From the NCBI GenBank assembly GCA_031277225.1, contig JAITMQ010000134.1, forward strand, positions 1 to 54,660: 54,660 nucleotides of DNA, given 5' to 3'. The notes below the pieces were generated by a model that was not told where the DNA came from, ran no database searches, and saw only the letters and a program-made list of their open reading frames with translations. This stretch comes from Clostridiales bacterium. GTDB taxonomy: Bacteria > Bacillota > Clostridia > Lachnospirales > WRAX01. Every line of letters starts with the position of its first letter. Within the stretch, counting starts at the first letter, position 1. A program made the position numbers and the translations under genes. Shown piece by piece: positions 42,881 through 52,251 of the stretch.

Positions 42881-45800
42881 ATGAGATTAAAAAGAAGAAT
42901 TGCGGCGCTGTTAGCCCTCGTAATGGCCTTCAGCTCACTCGCAACCTTCAGTTTGGCTGGCGATTATTTGCAGCCCGAAACATTTAATGTTGGTGGAATC
43001 GACAATGTCGTCGTAACCGGCTTGAATTTAGAAGACCCACCACTCGTTGGCACACCTGCGCCTTCTGTAACTCAAAGCAATATCGCCACCGGCGGTGTTA
43101 CTTTGGTTAGCGCATCTTGGTCCGGCCTTTCGGGCGGAAACTTCGCTGCCGCTCCGACTGCGTTGACTCTTGTCGTGGAAACACCCAATTACATGTTCGC
43201 TGAGAACGTAAGCGGTGTTCTCGTTGGGCCCAACCCTGTATTAGGAACAAGCACGAACGACTGGGGTGTTAACACAGCCACTATTGTTTTTAACATTACC
43301 CAACCCACCCCCGAAGCCCCCGGCTTAGGGATCACAGGGACTGTTGCCGTAACTCAATTTGTAGAAGCCACCGGCACATTATACCTCGCTCTTACTCAAG
43401 GACATTTCACGGATGCTTCTGCGGGTTATATCACAGACTGGTTTGCGGGCTTTCCTACCGGGTTGACTTTCCACAGAGCAGCCACATCCGGGAACCCGAC
43501 CAACATCCAAGTATCCGTTGGGGGCAGACCTACAGCTGACGGCGATACCACTCTTACCGTAACCGTTCCCCATGCATCCCACAGCGGTGTGCGCAACTCC
43601 ACGGTTACTGTCCCACAAATTGTTACTTACACAGCATTTGCCGTTACAGGCAATATTACCGTTTCCGGCAATCTCAACCATGCTATCGCCGGGGCAAACC
43701 TTGCTTTGAGACTGCCTGATGGCTTCACATTCAACGCTGTAACCGGATCTGCGCAAGATGTAACCTCTTGGTTTACAGGAACCACACCCAGCGGATTAAC
43801 TATGTCGAGACCCGTTCAAGAAGCCGGGCAAGCCACAATTATTAATTTCTCCGGAACACCCACATCTGAAGTGGTGGGAGCTATGCAAATCACAATCCCT
43901 CACGGTGCAATCACACAAGCCGGAGTTGACAACAATATAGTTGTCGCCGGCGGAACGGCCAGAACTTGGAATATCGGGCCGGCAGCTGCTACAGAAGCGG
44001 CCATCAGAAATGACAGCCGTCCAATCTTCCTGCAAGGCGGAAATCTTCCAAGATTAACCACATTTGCGCCAACCACAGGAAATACCACTTTCAACACTAC
44101 TTTAGTAGTGCCCGGAAGATTTGTTGACGAAAGAATGCATGCGGCCGGCTTTGGCGTAACTGCTCCATTGATTCTTGATTTGCCCGGAAACCCTGTATTT
44201 ATGGGCGTTCGTCCCGGTCATATCTATAATGGCATATTCGCAGACGGAAATTGGGGCATTCCCGGACTTAGCATCCACGTTATTTCCGACAGCCGCATTG
44301 AATTGATTCCCACCTCCGGCACATGGACCGGGCTTTTAGGACTGGGAACAACATTAAGCATTCCAATGCAAATTCAAATCGGCAATGGCCAAATGGGTCG
44401 CCTTGATATGAATCTTAGCGGCGGAACCGGTTTCTTGACCGGCGCATTCGGCCAAACCCTTGTTGCTGCAGAGCGCGCGGCGGGAGCAATTGCATCCGTT
44501 ATTCGTCGTGGCAATGAAGGCCAAACCGGCCAAGCCGGCGTTATGGTTCAAGGTGCTGTTAATGCACTTCAAACAGGAACAGGCGCTGCTCGCGGAATTC
44601 AAATTCTTGAGGGTGCTGTGCCCGGCTTTGCAACTGCCGAACAACCTGCTAACCCACTTCGTGGTTTAACTTTAACCATTGGCACACCAAACGGCCCTAT
44701 CGCGTTTAACCACCGCGGAGCATATCCAACGGCGGTTGAATTGGCCGGAGTTTCGATTCCTCTATTCGTAAACCATTTAGAGGCCGCTGCTTTTGCCGGA
44801 ATTAACCTTACAGTTCGCAATGGAGCAAATGATTCTATCCTTGTTCCCGGAGCAACTGCCGGTCAGCCCGGATTTGCCAATGTAAATGCAAACGGAATTA
44901 TCGCCAACCTGTCTCCTCGCTCTATGGACGATGGCGTTAATAACTACAACTACGCTTTCTTTAGCCATAATATGACAAGAATCAATATTGTCTTTGGCAA
45001 TATTGCTTCAAGCCCACCACCTCATATTCCACGCTCTATTATGGTTACTCAAATTGCTGTTGAGCAACGCGCGCCACATACACCCGCTTGGGGCGAATTT
45101 GGCATTACTGTTGGTTCACAAATTCTTACAGGCGGAAACCTGTATGGGTCAACCGGAATTGCCGGTGGTGCAACAGCATTTATTGACTTTGTAAACTTTG
45201 CACAACAAAATGTAACTTTTGCTCCTCCATCTACTGAAGCCGGCGAACTTCGCGAATTAAGAGCGGGCCAAACCTATTATGAGAATGTTCCGCGCGAACC
45301 TCGTCAACCTCATGCATATCCAACCACAGCCAGCACGCAAGTTCCTGTGCCTGCTTCACAGTTAGACTTTGCAAGAGCACAAAGAGGCCTTGTGGGAGCA
45401 AGACAAATTAATCTTGCCGACAATGTTGGTCTTATGGGCGGTGTTGGTGTTGGCGGCGGAATCGGACTTGCACATGGCGCGTTTACTTTCACAGTAACCG
45501 ACGCTTATGGCGAGCCCCATCCTTATGCCAGCTTGGCTGCTGTGCGTCTTAACACAGACTTTAACGTGCATTATGGACAACCTGCAGGAAACCGCGGCTT
45601 TAACAATGACCTGTTCCACAATGTGGTCGGAAACATTGGTGCCGAGCCTACTGCCGAATCTGTATGGATTCAATCACATGCCACTGCCGCTAACGTAACC
45701 TTGCGTTCGCAAATGGCTAATGTGATGTTTACAGCTGATGGAAAGTCCGTGATTGTTTCCGGAATGCGTCATTATAATGACCTTGCTTTCGAATTGCAAA

Positions 45801-46948
45801 CATGGTTCCATATCTCCACAGCTTTGTCCTATAGCGGGCCTGTTTATATCACAGTTGACAGCCCTGTTATTACAGAAACCGTAAGATTGGCCGATGTTGT
45901 TTCACCTATTGAAGTTATCACCGAAACCACTTATGTGCAAACCGGTATTCTTCAGCAGCCTGTTTCAACAATCACAATCAGAGAAACTGCTCCCGGCAAC
46001 CTTGCTTCAGGAACAAGATTAGAAATCAGCATTCCTGACTTGCCTCTTGGTGTTGTTGGCGGTAACAACGGCTTCTGGCCAATTAATGCAAGCAATCTCA
46101 GCGTAAGCGGCGGAGGATTGGCTGCCTTGCCTGTATTGACAAACCAAATCTCTTCAACGATTTCTGTGGATATTACTAATCCATCCGTTGATGAGCCCGG
46201 TGAAATCGTATTGTCAGGTTTGGCCGTTTCCTTGCACTTTGTTGCTCAAGGTTACTACAGCTTGGTAATTACAGGCAATGACCTTGCTGACAACTTCGGC
46301 AATCTCATTAACTTGAGAAGAGATGTTGCTGTTAACCAAGTGCCTACGCTTGGGCCAAATGAGCCTATGCACCGTCGTTATGCCTTCCAAGGCTATGTTG
46401 CACCTGAATATCTTGGTGTTGGTATTGACGTGATTGCAGGGCCCGGAGCTATGGTTCCTACGCTTAGACTGCCTCACCAAACCGGCCCTCACTTCTATGT
46501 TGATGGTGAGCCTGTGCAGTTTGGCGGCGGAAGACAATCTATCAATATCACGGCTTTGACCAATGTAAATGGTGTTAATGTTGCACCCAACACATTGTAT
46601 GTGCCTTTCCGTCCCATAATTAATGCCTTAACCGGATTTACGGGAGCACCTGAAAGCGATGGAGATCCTATCCGCTTTATTACAGGGAATCCTATGGCGG
46701 GCATCCCTCATACCGTGCATGTAACTTTGCCTTCAGGTCAAGTTGCTACGTTCTGGGTGGGAGAGCATTTCTTCATGGTTGATGGAGCGAGAAGCTATAT
46801 GACTTCAGCAGAAGGAATTCCTGTTATTCCTTTCATTGGAAACGGAACAATCGGTGCTAATGCGTCAATGTATCTTCCAATTAGATTCATTGCCTATGCA
46901 TTCGGCTTGGAAGTTGACAATGTGAATAACGAGGCTGTAATCAACTAA
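42881..46948 (+). CDS. major surface (S-layer-like) protein with two C-terminal copper-amine-oxidase-N-like wall-binding repeats
   Basis: Signal peptide MRLKRRIAALLALVMAFSSLATFSLA. Thr/Gly/Asn/Val-rich and Cys-free. C-terminus ..LYVPFRPIINALTG.. and ..MVDGARSYM...ASMYLPIRFIAYAFGLEV. Codon choice visibly differs from its neighbours. Confidence 0.8.
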   Translation: MRLKRRIAALLALVMAFSSLATFSLAGDYLQPETFNVGGIDNVVVTGLNLEDPPLVGTPAPSVTQSNIATGGVTLVSASWSGLSGGNFAAAPTALTLVVETPNYMFAENVSGVLVGPNPVLGTSTNDWGVNTATIVFNITQPTPEAPGLGITGTVAVTQFVEATGTLYLALTQGHFTDASAGYITDWFAGFPTGLTFHRAATSGNPTNIQVSVGGRPTADGDTTLTVTVPHASHSGVRNSTVTVPQIVTYTAFAVTGNITVSGNLNHAIAGANLALRLPDGFTFNAVTGSAQDVTSWFTGTTPSGLTMSRPVQEAGQATIINFSGTPTSEVVGAMQITIPHGAITQAGVDNNIVVAGGTARTWNIGPAAATEAAIRNDSRPIFLQGGNLPRLTTFAPTTGNTTFNTTLVVPGRFVDERMHAAGFGVTAPLILDLPGNPVFMGVRPGHIYNGIFADGNWGIPGLSIHVISDSRIELIPTSGTWTGLLGLGTTLSIPMQIQIGNGQMGRLDMNLSGGTGFLTGAFGQTLVAAERAAGAIASVIRRGNEGQTGQAGVMVQGAVNALQTGTGAARGIQILEGAVPGFATAEQPANPLRGLTLTIGTPNGPIAFNHRGAYPTAVELAGVSIPLFVNHLEAAAFAGINLTVRNGANDSILVPGATAGQPGFANVNANGIIANLSPRSMDDGVNNYNYAFFSHNMTRINIVFGNIASSPPPHIPRSIMVTQIAVEQRAPHTPAWGEFGITVGSQILTGGNLYGSTGIAGGATAFIDFVNFAQQNVTFAPPSTEAGELRELRAGQTYYENVPREPRQPHAYPTTASTQVPVPASQLDFARAQRGLVGARQINLADNVGLMGGVGVGGGIGLAHGAFTFTVTDAYGEPHPYASLAAVRLNTDFNVHYGQPAGNRGFNNDLFHNVVGNIGAEPTAESVWIQSHATAANVTLRSQMANVMFTADGKSVIVSGMRHYNDLAFELQTWFHISTALSYSGPVYITVDSPVITETVRLADVVSPIEVITETTYVQTGILQQPVSTITIRETAPGNLASGTRLEISIPDLPLGVVGGNNGFWPINASNLSVSGGGLAALPVLTNQISSTISVDITNPSVDEPGEIVLSGLAVSLHFVAQGYYSLVITGNDLADNFGNLINLRRDVAVNQVPTLGPNEPMHRRYAFQGYVAPEYLGVGIDVIAGPGAMVPTLRLPHQTGPHFYVDGEPVQFGGGRQSINITALTNVNGVNVAPNTLYVPFRPIINALTGFTGAPESDGDPIRFITGNPMAGIPHTVHVTLPSGQVATFWVGEHFFMVDGARSYMTSAEGIPVIPFIGNGTIGANASMYLPIRFIAYAFGLEVDNVNNEAVIN

Positions 46949-46981
46949 TCAACCCTTAAGCTTCAAAACAATAAAAGCGAT

Positions 46982-47002
46982 AAACCCCTTCGGGGGTTTT
47001 TT
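46982..47002 (+). terminator. intrinsic terminator
   Basis: AACCCC-TTCG-GGGGTT followed by TTTT. Confidence 0.85.
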
Positions 47003-47043
47003 GCTTGCGGCGGAAATTTTTATGTGGTATAATGAGGGAAAAA

Positions 47044-47070
47044 GATCCCGCATCAAGTGCGGGATGACGA
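47044..47070. repeat. REP-like unit, compensatory-stem variant, in the pepD leader
   Basis: GATCCCGCATCAAGTGCGGGATGACGA, against the canonical GATTCCGCGTCAAGCGCGGAATGACG. Confidence 0.8.
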
Positions 47071-47085
47071 TGTGGGAGGGTTATT

Positions 47086-48555
47086 ATGGCAATTTTGAAG
47101 GATTTGCGGCCGGCGGATGTTTTTTCGTATTTTGAGGTGATTTGTTCTATTCCGCATGGGTCTTGGAATGAGAAGGCGCTAAGCGACCATATTTTGGGCT
47201 GGGCGCGGGATTTGGGGCTTGAGGCTGTGCAGGATGAGATGTGGAATTTGGTTATTAAAAAGCCCGGCTCGGCGGGGCGCGAGGACTTTGCGCCCGTGAT
47301 GATTCAGGCGCATATTGACATGGTTTGCGAGAAAAATAACGATGTTGAATTCGATTTTGAAACGCAGGGGCTGGACATTTATGTCGATGGGGATTTTGTG
47401 AAGGCGCGGGGCACGACGCTTGGCGGGGACAATGGAATTGCCGTGGCCATGGCCATGGCGATTTTGGCGGATAATTCGCTTGAGCATCCGCCGCTTGAGA
47501 TTGTGCTGACGACGGTTGAGGAGGCGGGCATGGACGGCGCGCGGGCCGTGGACGCGGGTCTGCTTTCCGGCAAGCGTTTTATAAATGTGGACAATGCCGA
47601 GGAGGGCGTGTTTTTGACGGGTTGTGCGGGCGGTGCGGCGGTTAAAATTAGCCTGCCTTTGGCCGACATGCCCCTGCCCGGGGCAGATTTTGCGGCGTTT
47701 ACAATTTTTGTGGGCGGGCTTAAGGGCGGACATTCGGGCATGGACATTCATCTTGAGCGCGGCAATTCCAATAAAATTCTCGGACGGGTTTTGGCAAGCC
47801 TCAAGACACCCTTCCATATTATGGATGTGGCCGGTGGCTCTAAAGACAATGCCATCCCGCGCGAGGCCTGGGCGAAAATTTTTGTGAAGCCGGCCGACGG
47901 CGGCGCGCTTGCGCTTGAAGTGGCGGAAATTGAGGCCGCGCTTAAGGCGGAGTTTAAGACCGCAGACCCCGGCGTTTTTGTGCGGCTTGATGGCAAGCCC
48001 ATGGGGCGGCAGTCTAGCCTGCCAAGTGGCACGCGCGTGTTTGCGCCCGAAACCAAGGAGGCGGCCATAAGCCTACTATTGCTGACGCCCTTTGGTGTAG
48101 ACCATTTTAGCATGGATTTTCCGGGGCTGGTTGAAACTTCCAATAATTTGGGGGTTGTGCGGGTTATCGATGGCGAATTAGTGTTGACTTGCGCCGTGCG
48201 CTCGTCTGTGGAAAGCCGCAAACTCGCGCTTTGTCAGCGTATTGAGCGGCTGGCGGAAGCATTGGGCGCAAAGGCGACGGTTTCGGATGGCTATCCCGGC
48301 TGGGCTTATAGCCCCGAATCGGCCCTGCGCGAAACTTTCAAGAAGGTTTATTTTGAGAAATATGGCAAGGACGCGACAATTGTGGCCATTCATGCGGGGC
48401 TGGAATGTGGCGTTTTTGCGGAAAAAATCGGCGGGCTGGATATGATTTCCTTTGGGCCGAATATGTTTGATTTGCATACGCCGGACGAGCGCGTCAGCAT
48501 TTCCAGTGTTGAGCGTTGTTATGACTTCTTTAAGAGCGTTTTGAAAGTCCTTTAA
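47086..48555 (+). CDS. pepD: aminoacyl-histidine dipeptidase (M20 family)
   Basis: FEVICSIPHGSWNE, IQAHIDMVCEKN, TTLGGDNGIAVA and TVEEAGMDGA. Confidence 0.9.
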   Translation: MAILKDLRPADVFSYFEVICSIPHGSWNEKALSDHILGWARDLGLEAVQDEMWNLVIKKPGSAGREDFAPVMIQAHIDMVCEKNNDVEFDFETQGLDIYVDGDFVKARGTTLGGDNGIAVAMAMAILADNSLEHPPLEIVLTTVEEAGMDGARAVDAGLLSGKRFINVDNAEEGVFLTGCAGGAAVKISLPLADMPLPGADFAAFTIFVGGLKGGHSGMDIHLERGNSNKILGRVLASLKTPFHIMDVAGGSKDNAIPREAWAKIFVKPADGGALALEVAEIEAALKAEFKTADPGVFVRLDGKPMGRQSSLPSGTRVFAPETKEAAISLLLLTPFGVDHFSMDFPGLVETSNNLGVVRVIDGELVLTCAVRSSVESRKLALCQRIERLAEALGAKATVSDGYPGWAYSPESALRETFKKVYFEKYGKDATIVAIHAGLECGVFAEKIGGLDMISFGPNMFDLHTPDERVSISSVERCYDFFKSVLKVL

Positions 48556-48620
48556 TTTCGTGCATTTCGTGCATTTCGTGGTTAAAGATTGAACCACGAA
48601 ATGCACGAAAATACACGAAA
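48556..48620. repeat. long hairpin built from TTTCGTG heptad arrays (19 bp perfect plus 7 bp, 8-nt loop)
   Basis: TTTCGTG-CA-TTTCGTGCATTTCGTGGTT / AAAGATTG / AACCACGAAATGCACGAAA-ATA-CACGAAA. Confidence 0.9.
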
Positions 48621-50031
48621 TGCTGGGGGTGATTTTATCCTGGATTTGCTGGCGGTTTTAAGTCGGTATTATTTTGTATTCCTGCTGATTTGCTTTATAA
48701 TCGTCGGCGTGGCTTATTTGCGCGGCGGCGGCAGGCTGGGCGGCGAGCGGGCGGCGGGGCGCACACAAACGGCCGTCATCCTGCTTTTTGCGATTTTTGC
48801 CTTCGCCATTGTGGTGGACAGCGTGGAAGGCCTGATTTTTGCGGGCTTTGTGCTGGCTTTTGCAATTTTTGCCTCCTTTGTTGCGCGGCGTTTTTATAGG
48901 CGGCTTTGCCCGCTGATTACCAATATCATGATATTCATGCTGGTTTTGGGCTTCATTATGCTGCAAAGGCTGGACCCCGGCCTTGCCATGCGCCAGCTTA
49001 TAATCGCCGCCGCGGGCTTTGGCGTGTCCATGCTGATTCCGCTAATTTTCAAAATCTTCAAAAATTTTGAAAAGCTGGAAAAGCTCTATATTGTGCTATG
49101 CGTGGGTCTTTTGGGAATTGTCAGCGCGGCCTCGCTTTTGGGCAATTTTATCGACATTCCGCTGGTAACCGAGGACAGATTTGGCGCGACAAATTGGATT
49201 AGCGTCTTTGGGATAACCTTCCAGCCATCGGAATTTGTGAAGCCCATTTTCGTGCTGTTTTTGGCGGCGGCCTTCCGCGACAAGCCGCGCATGTCCAAGC
49301 TAATCTTCACCTCGGCGGCCTCTGCGGCTCTGGTGCTGATTCTCGTCGTTCAGCGGGATTTGGGCGGCGCGCTGATATTTTTCACCGTTTTTATGGTCAT
49401 GCTCTATGCCTCGACCGGCTCAAAACTCCTTTTCGGCGCGGGATTTGGCGCAATGGCCATAGCCTCGGTCATTTCCTATCAAATTTTCCCGCATATACGC
49501 GTACGCGTGGCGGCGTTTTTAGACCCCTGGGGCGACATTGCGGTCAGCGGCTTCCAAATCACGCAGTCGCTGTTCGCGATTGGAACATGGGGGGCCTTTG
49601 GCTCGGGACTGACGCGCGGCCTGCCGGAGCGCATTCCCGTGGTGGAGCGGGATGTAATCTTCTCCGCCATTTCCGAAGAATTCGGCTGGATTTTTGGGCT
49701 GCTGCTAATCGCGCTATATGGCCTGCTCTTAATCAGAGGCCTGCAACTCGCGCGCCGCGCAGGGCGCCCGCTACACGCACTTATGGCGACAGGCTTCACA
49801 ATTTTTTTGGTATTCCAGGCCTTTGTGTCAATCGGCGGCAATATTCGCTTCATTCCCATGACGGGCGTAACTTTGCCGTTTATAAGCTATGGCGGTTCGT
49901 CGGTTTTTGTCAGTGTGCTTATGGTTGGCGTGTTGAATTGGCTGAATGGGCAGGATTGGCAGGATGGGCAAATTGGCGACGAGAAGGAAATGCTTGCAAA
50001 TTTTGGCGAAGATGATATAATAGAAGGATAA
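48589..50031 (+). CDS. ftsW: SEDS-family protein (FtsW/RodA/SpoVE), true start uncertain
   Basis: ITFQPSEFVKPIFVLFLAAAF, PERIPVVERDVIFSAISEEFG and GVTLPFISYGGSS. The track's TTG start lies in the hairpin loop, and no good RBS is visible. Confidence 0.85.
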   Translation: MNHEMHENTRNAGGDFILDLLAVLSRYYFVFLLICFIIVGVAYLRGGGRLGGERAAGRTQTAVILLFAIFAFAIVVDSVEGLIFAGFVLAFAIFASFVARRFYRRLCPLITNIMIFMLVLGFIMLQRLDPGLAMRQLIIAAAGFGVSMLIPLIFKIFKNFEKLEKLYIVLCVGLLGIVSAASLLGNFIDIPLVTEDRFGATNWISVFGITFQPSEFVKPIFVLFLAAAFRDKPRMSKLIFTSAASAALVLILVVQRDLGGALIFFTVFMVMLYASTGSKLLFGAGFGAMAIASVISYQIFPHIRVRVAAFLDPWGDIAVSGFQITQSLFAIGTWGAFGSGLTRGLPERIPVVERDVIFSAISEEFGWIFGLLLIALYGLLLIRGLQLARRAGRPLHALMATGFTIFLVFQAFVSIGGNIRFIPMTGVTLPFISYGGSSVFVSVLMVGVLNWLNGQDWQDGQIGDEKEMLANFGEDDIIEG

Positions 50032-50048
50032 ACATTAAAGGTGATAGG

Positions 50049-50213
50049 ATGGATATTAACGGAATTGTCGCAAATTGTATGCCGCCGGGAACTACGGTTG
50101 TTAAGGTTTATCAAGACGGCGCGGAACTTAAAGTCGATATTGACATTCCCGGAATGGGGCAGGTTACTTGCACGGTGAAGAAAAACCATGCGGGCGAGTT
50201 TTATGTGGAGTGA
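50049..50213 (+). CDS. unannotated 54-aa ORF between the SEDS and PBP genes
   Basis: RBS AAAGGTGATAGG. Translation: MDINGIVANCMPPGTTVVKVYQDGAELKVDIDIPGMGQVTCTVKKNHAGEFYVE. The stop lies 5 nt before the PBP ATG. Confidence 0.4.
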   Translation: MDINGIVANCMPPGTTVVKVYQDGAELKVDIDIPGMGQVTCTVKKNHAGEFYVE

Positions 50214-50218
50214 TATTA

Positions 50219-51574
50219 ATGCGCAGGAATATTGGTCAGATGTTTTGGGTTTTGGCCGTGATTTTTATGGCCATGGGCGCGTATTTTGTGTGGACTGCGG
50301 CTGTAGACGGGCGCAATTTTGCGGCACATCCTTTTAATGGGCGCGTTAATATTGAAGGGCGCGGGCTTCGCGGAACGATTTATGACGCGCGCGGGCGCGT
50401 TTTGGCCTATGACAGCGAATTTGGCCGAAATTATCCCTTTGGCGCGGTTTTTGCGCATGTTGTGGGATATTCGGGCATGTCGCGCGCGGGGCTGGAGCTT
50501 AGCCAAAATTTCACCCTCACGCGCCTTAGCCGCGAATTGATTCAAATGACGGCCGCCGTAATCTTTAATGACGAGGTTGCGGGAAACTCTATAGAAACCA
50601 CGCTTGATGCCGATATTCAGAGCATAATTCACAATGGCCTTGACGGCGCGCGGGGTGCTGCTGTTGTGCTTAATGCCCAAACGGGCGCAATTGTCGCCAT
50701 GGCATCCGCGCCTGGCTTTGAACCCGAACTTGTAGAGCAGGATTGGGGGCGGCTTTTAGGGGATGGGGCAAGCCCGCTGTTAAACCGCGCAACGCAGGGG
50801 CTTTATCCGCCGGGGTCGACTTTTAAGCTGATTACGGCACTTGCGGCACTCGAATACGATATGGAACTTCTGGACTTTGTATTCGATTGCACGGGGCAAA
50901 TAAGCTTTGAAGGGCAGACTTTGCAATGTTTTGGCGGCACGGCCCACGGCGAGGTGGACTTTAACCGCGCCATGGCCCTGTCTTGCAATGGATATTTTGC
51001 GGTTTTGGCGCAGAAAATTGACGCGGGGCATATTATAGCCGCCGCCGAGCGCGCGGCCCTGTTTAACCGCGAAATTCCCTTCGAGCTGGCCGCTTCTATG
51101 CCGCTTTTTTCCATGCCGAACGAACCCGAGCTGTCGGAACTTGTCGAAACGGCAATAGGGCAGGGGCGAACGCTGGCAACGCCGCTAAATATGGCCTTGC
51201 TTGCGGCGGCAATAGCAAATGACGGCATTATGCCCGAACCCTTTATGGTTGAACGCGTCGTCGGCGCATTTGACAATACCGTCGGCAGACATTCGCCGCG
51301 ACGAATTGGGCGGGTTATGCCCGCCGAAATTGCGGAAATTTTGGCCGATTCTATGGTTGATGCCGTAAATTTCGGAACGGCGGCACCTGCCACGCTAAAT
51401 CATGTGCAGGTGGCGGGAAAGACGGGCACGGCGCAAAATGAAACGGGGATTGACCATTCGTGGTTTATAGGCTTTGCGGGGGATTATGCGCTGGCGATTA
51501 TTATTGAAAATACGGGCGGAGGCACGCGGGCGACGCGCCTTGCGGGAGAGATACTGCTGCGCCTTACCGAATAA
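50219..51574 (+). CDS. mrdA: class B penicillin-binding protein (PBP2/PbpA-type transpeptidase)
   Basis: N-terminal TM helix, then STFK (PGSTFKLITALAA), SCN (ALSCNGYF) and KTGT (AGKTGTAQ). Confidence 0.9.
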   Translation: MRRNIGQMFWVLAVIFMAMGAYFVWTAAVDGRNFAAHPFNGRVNIEGRGLRGTIYDARGRVLAYDSEFGRNYPFGAVFAHVVGYSGMSRAGLELSQNFTLTRLSRELIQMTAAVIFNDEVAGNSIETTLDADIQSIIHNGLDGARGAAVVLNAQTGAIVAMASAPGFEPELVEQDWGRLLGDGASPLLNRATQGLYPPGSTFKLITALAALEYDMELLDFVFDCTGQISFEGQTLQCFGGTAHGEVDFNRAMALSCNGYFAVLAQKIDAGHIIAAAERAALFNREIPFELAASMPLFSMPNEPELSELVETAIGQGRTLATPLNMALLAAAIANDGIMPEPFMVERVVGAFDNTVGRHSPRRIGRVMPAEIAEILADSMVDAVNFGTAAPATLNHVQVAGKTGTAQNETGIDHSWFIGFAGDYALAIIIENTGGGTRATRLAGEILLRLTE

Positions 51575-51583
51575 GGAGAACGA

Positions 51584-52240
51584 ATGATTAAAGATAATAC
51601 AGTAATTTTTAAGGGCGGCAAAAGCGGGATTGTGATTTTGCTTGCCGAAGATGCGGGGTTTGAGCGCATTTGTCAGGCCTTGCGCGCCAAGGTTCGCGAG
51701 GCGGGCAAATTTTTTGCGGGAACACAAACCAGCATAACCTTTAAGGGCAAACAGCTGTCCGAGGCGCAAATTTTGGAGCTTTTGGACATTATGAACGAAG
51801 AAACCGACATTTCGGTTACTTTTGTCGAAGATTTGACGGGGCAAATGCAGGTGGCGGCGGCCATGCAGCCCGCGCCGCAGTTTTTTGATGCCCCCGACAC
51901 ATATTTCCACAAGGGTAGCCTTAGAAGCGGGCAGACGATTATCCAAAACGGCTCGGTTGTTGTCATGGGCGATGTTAATGCCGGGGCGGAAATTGTCGCC
52001 ACGGGCAATGTGGCGGTTTTTGGGGTTGTGCGCGGGCTGGTTCACGCCGGTTCGGGCGGCGACGAAAATGCCTTTATAAGCGCGATTTCAATTTTGCCCA
52101 ATCAATTCTTGAGCATTGCGGGCAAAAAGGTGCATTACACAAAGGAAATGCTGGCGGCCAAAAAAAATAAAATTGAGCCGGAATATGTCTTTGTGCAGGA
52201 TGGGTTTATAATTGTAGATTTAATCGCTAATATTAAATGA
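51584..52240 (+). CDS. minC: septum site-determining protein MinC
   Basis: C-terminal beta-helix GSLRSGQTIIQNGSVVVMGDVNAGAEIVATGNVAVFGVVRGLVHAG. Confidence 0.88.
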   Translation: MIKDNTVIFKGGKSGIVILLAEDAGFERICQALRAKVREAGKFFAGTQTSITFKGKQLSEAQILELLDIMNEETDISVTFVEDLTGQMQVAAAMQPAPQFFDAPDTYFHKGSLRSGQTIIQNGSVVVMGDVNAGAEIVATGNVAVFGVVRGLVHAGSGGDENAFISAISILPNQFLSIAGKKVHYTKEMLAAKKNKIEPEYVFVQDGFIIVDLIANIK

Positions 52241-52251
52241 GGGGGATACAA

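Noticed and set aside
48589-48603. TTG 48589 or ATG 48601 as the definite start of the SEDS gene.
   Set aside because: Both lie inside the long hairpin and neither has a Shine-Dalgarno sequence. I kept the track coordinates but flagged the start as unresolved.
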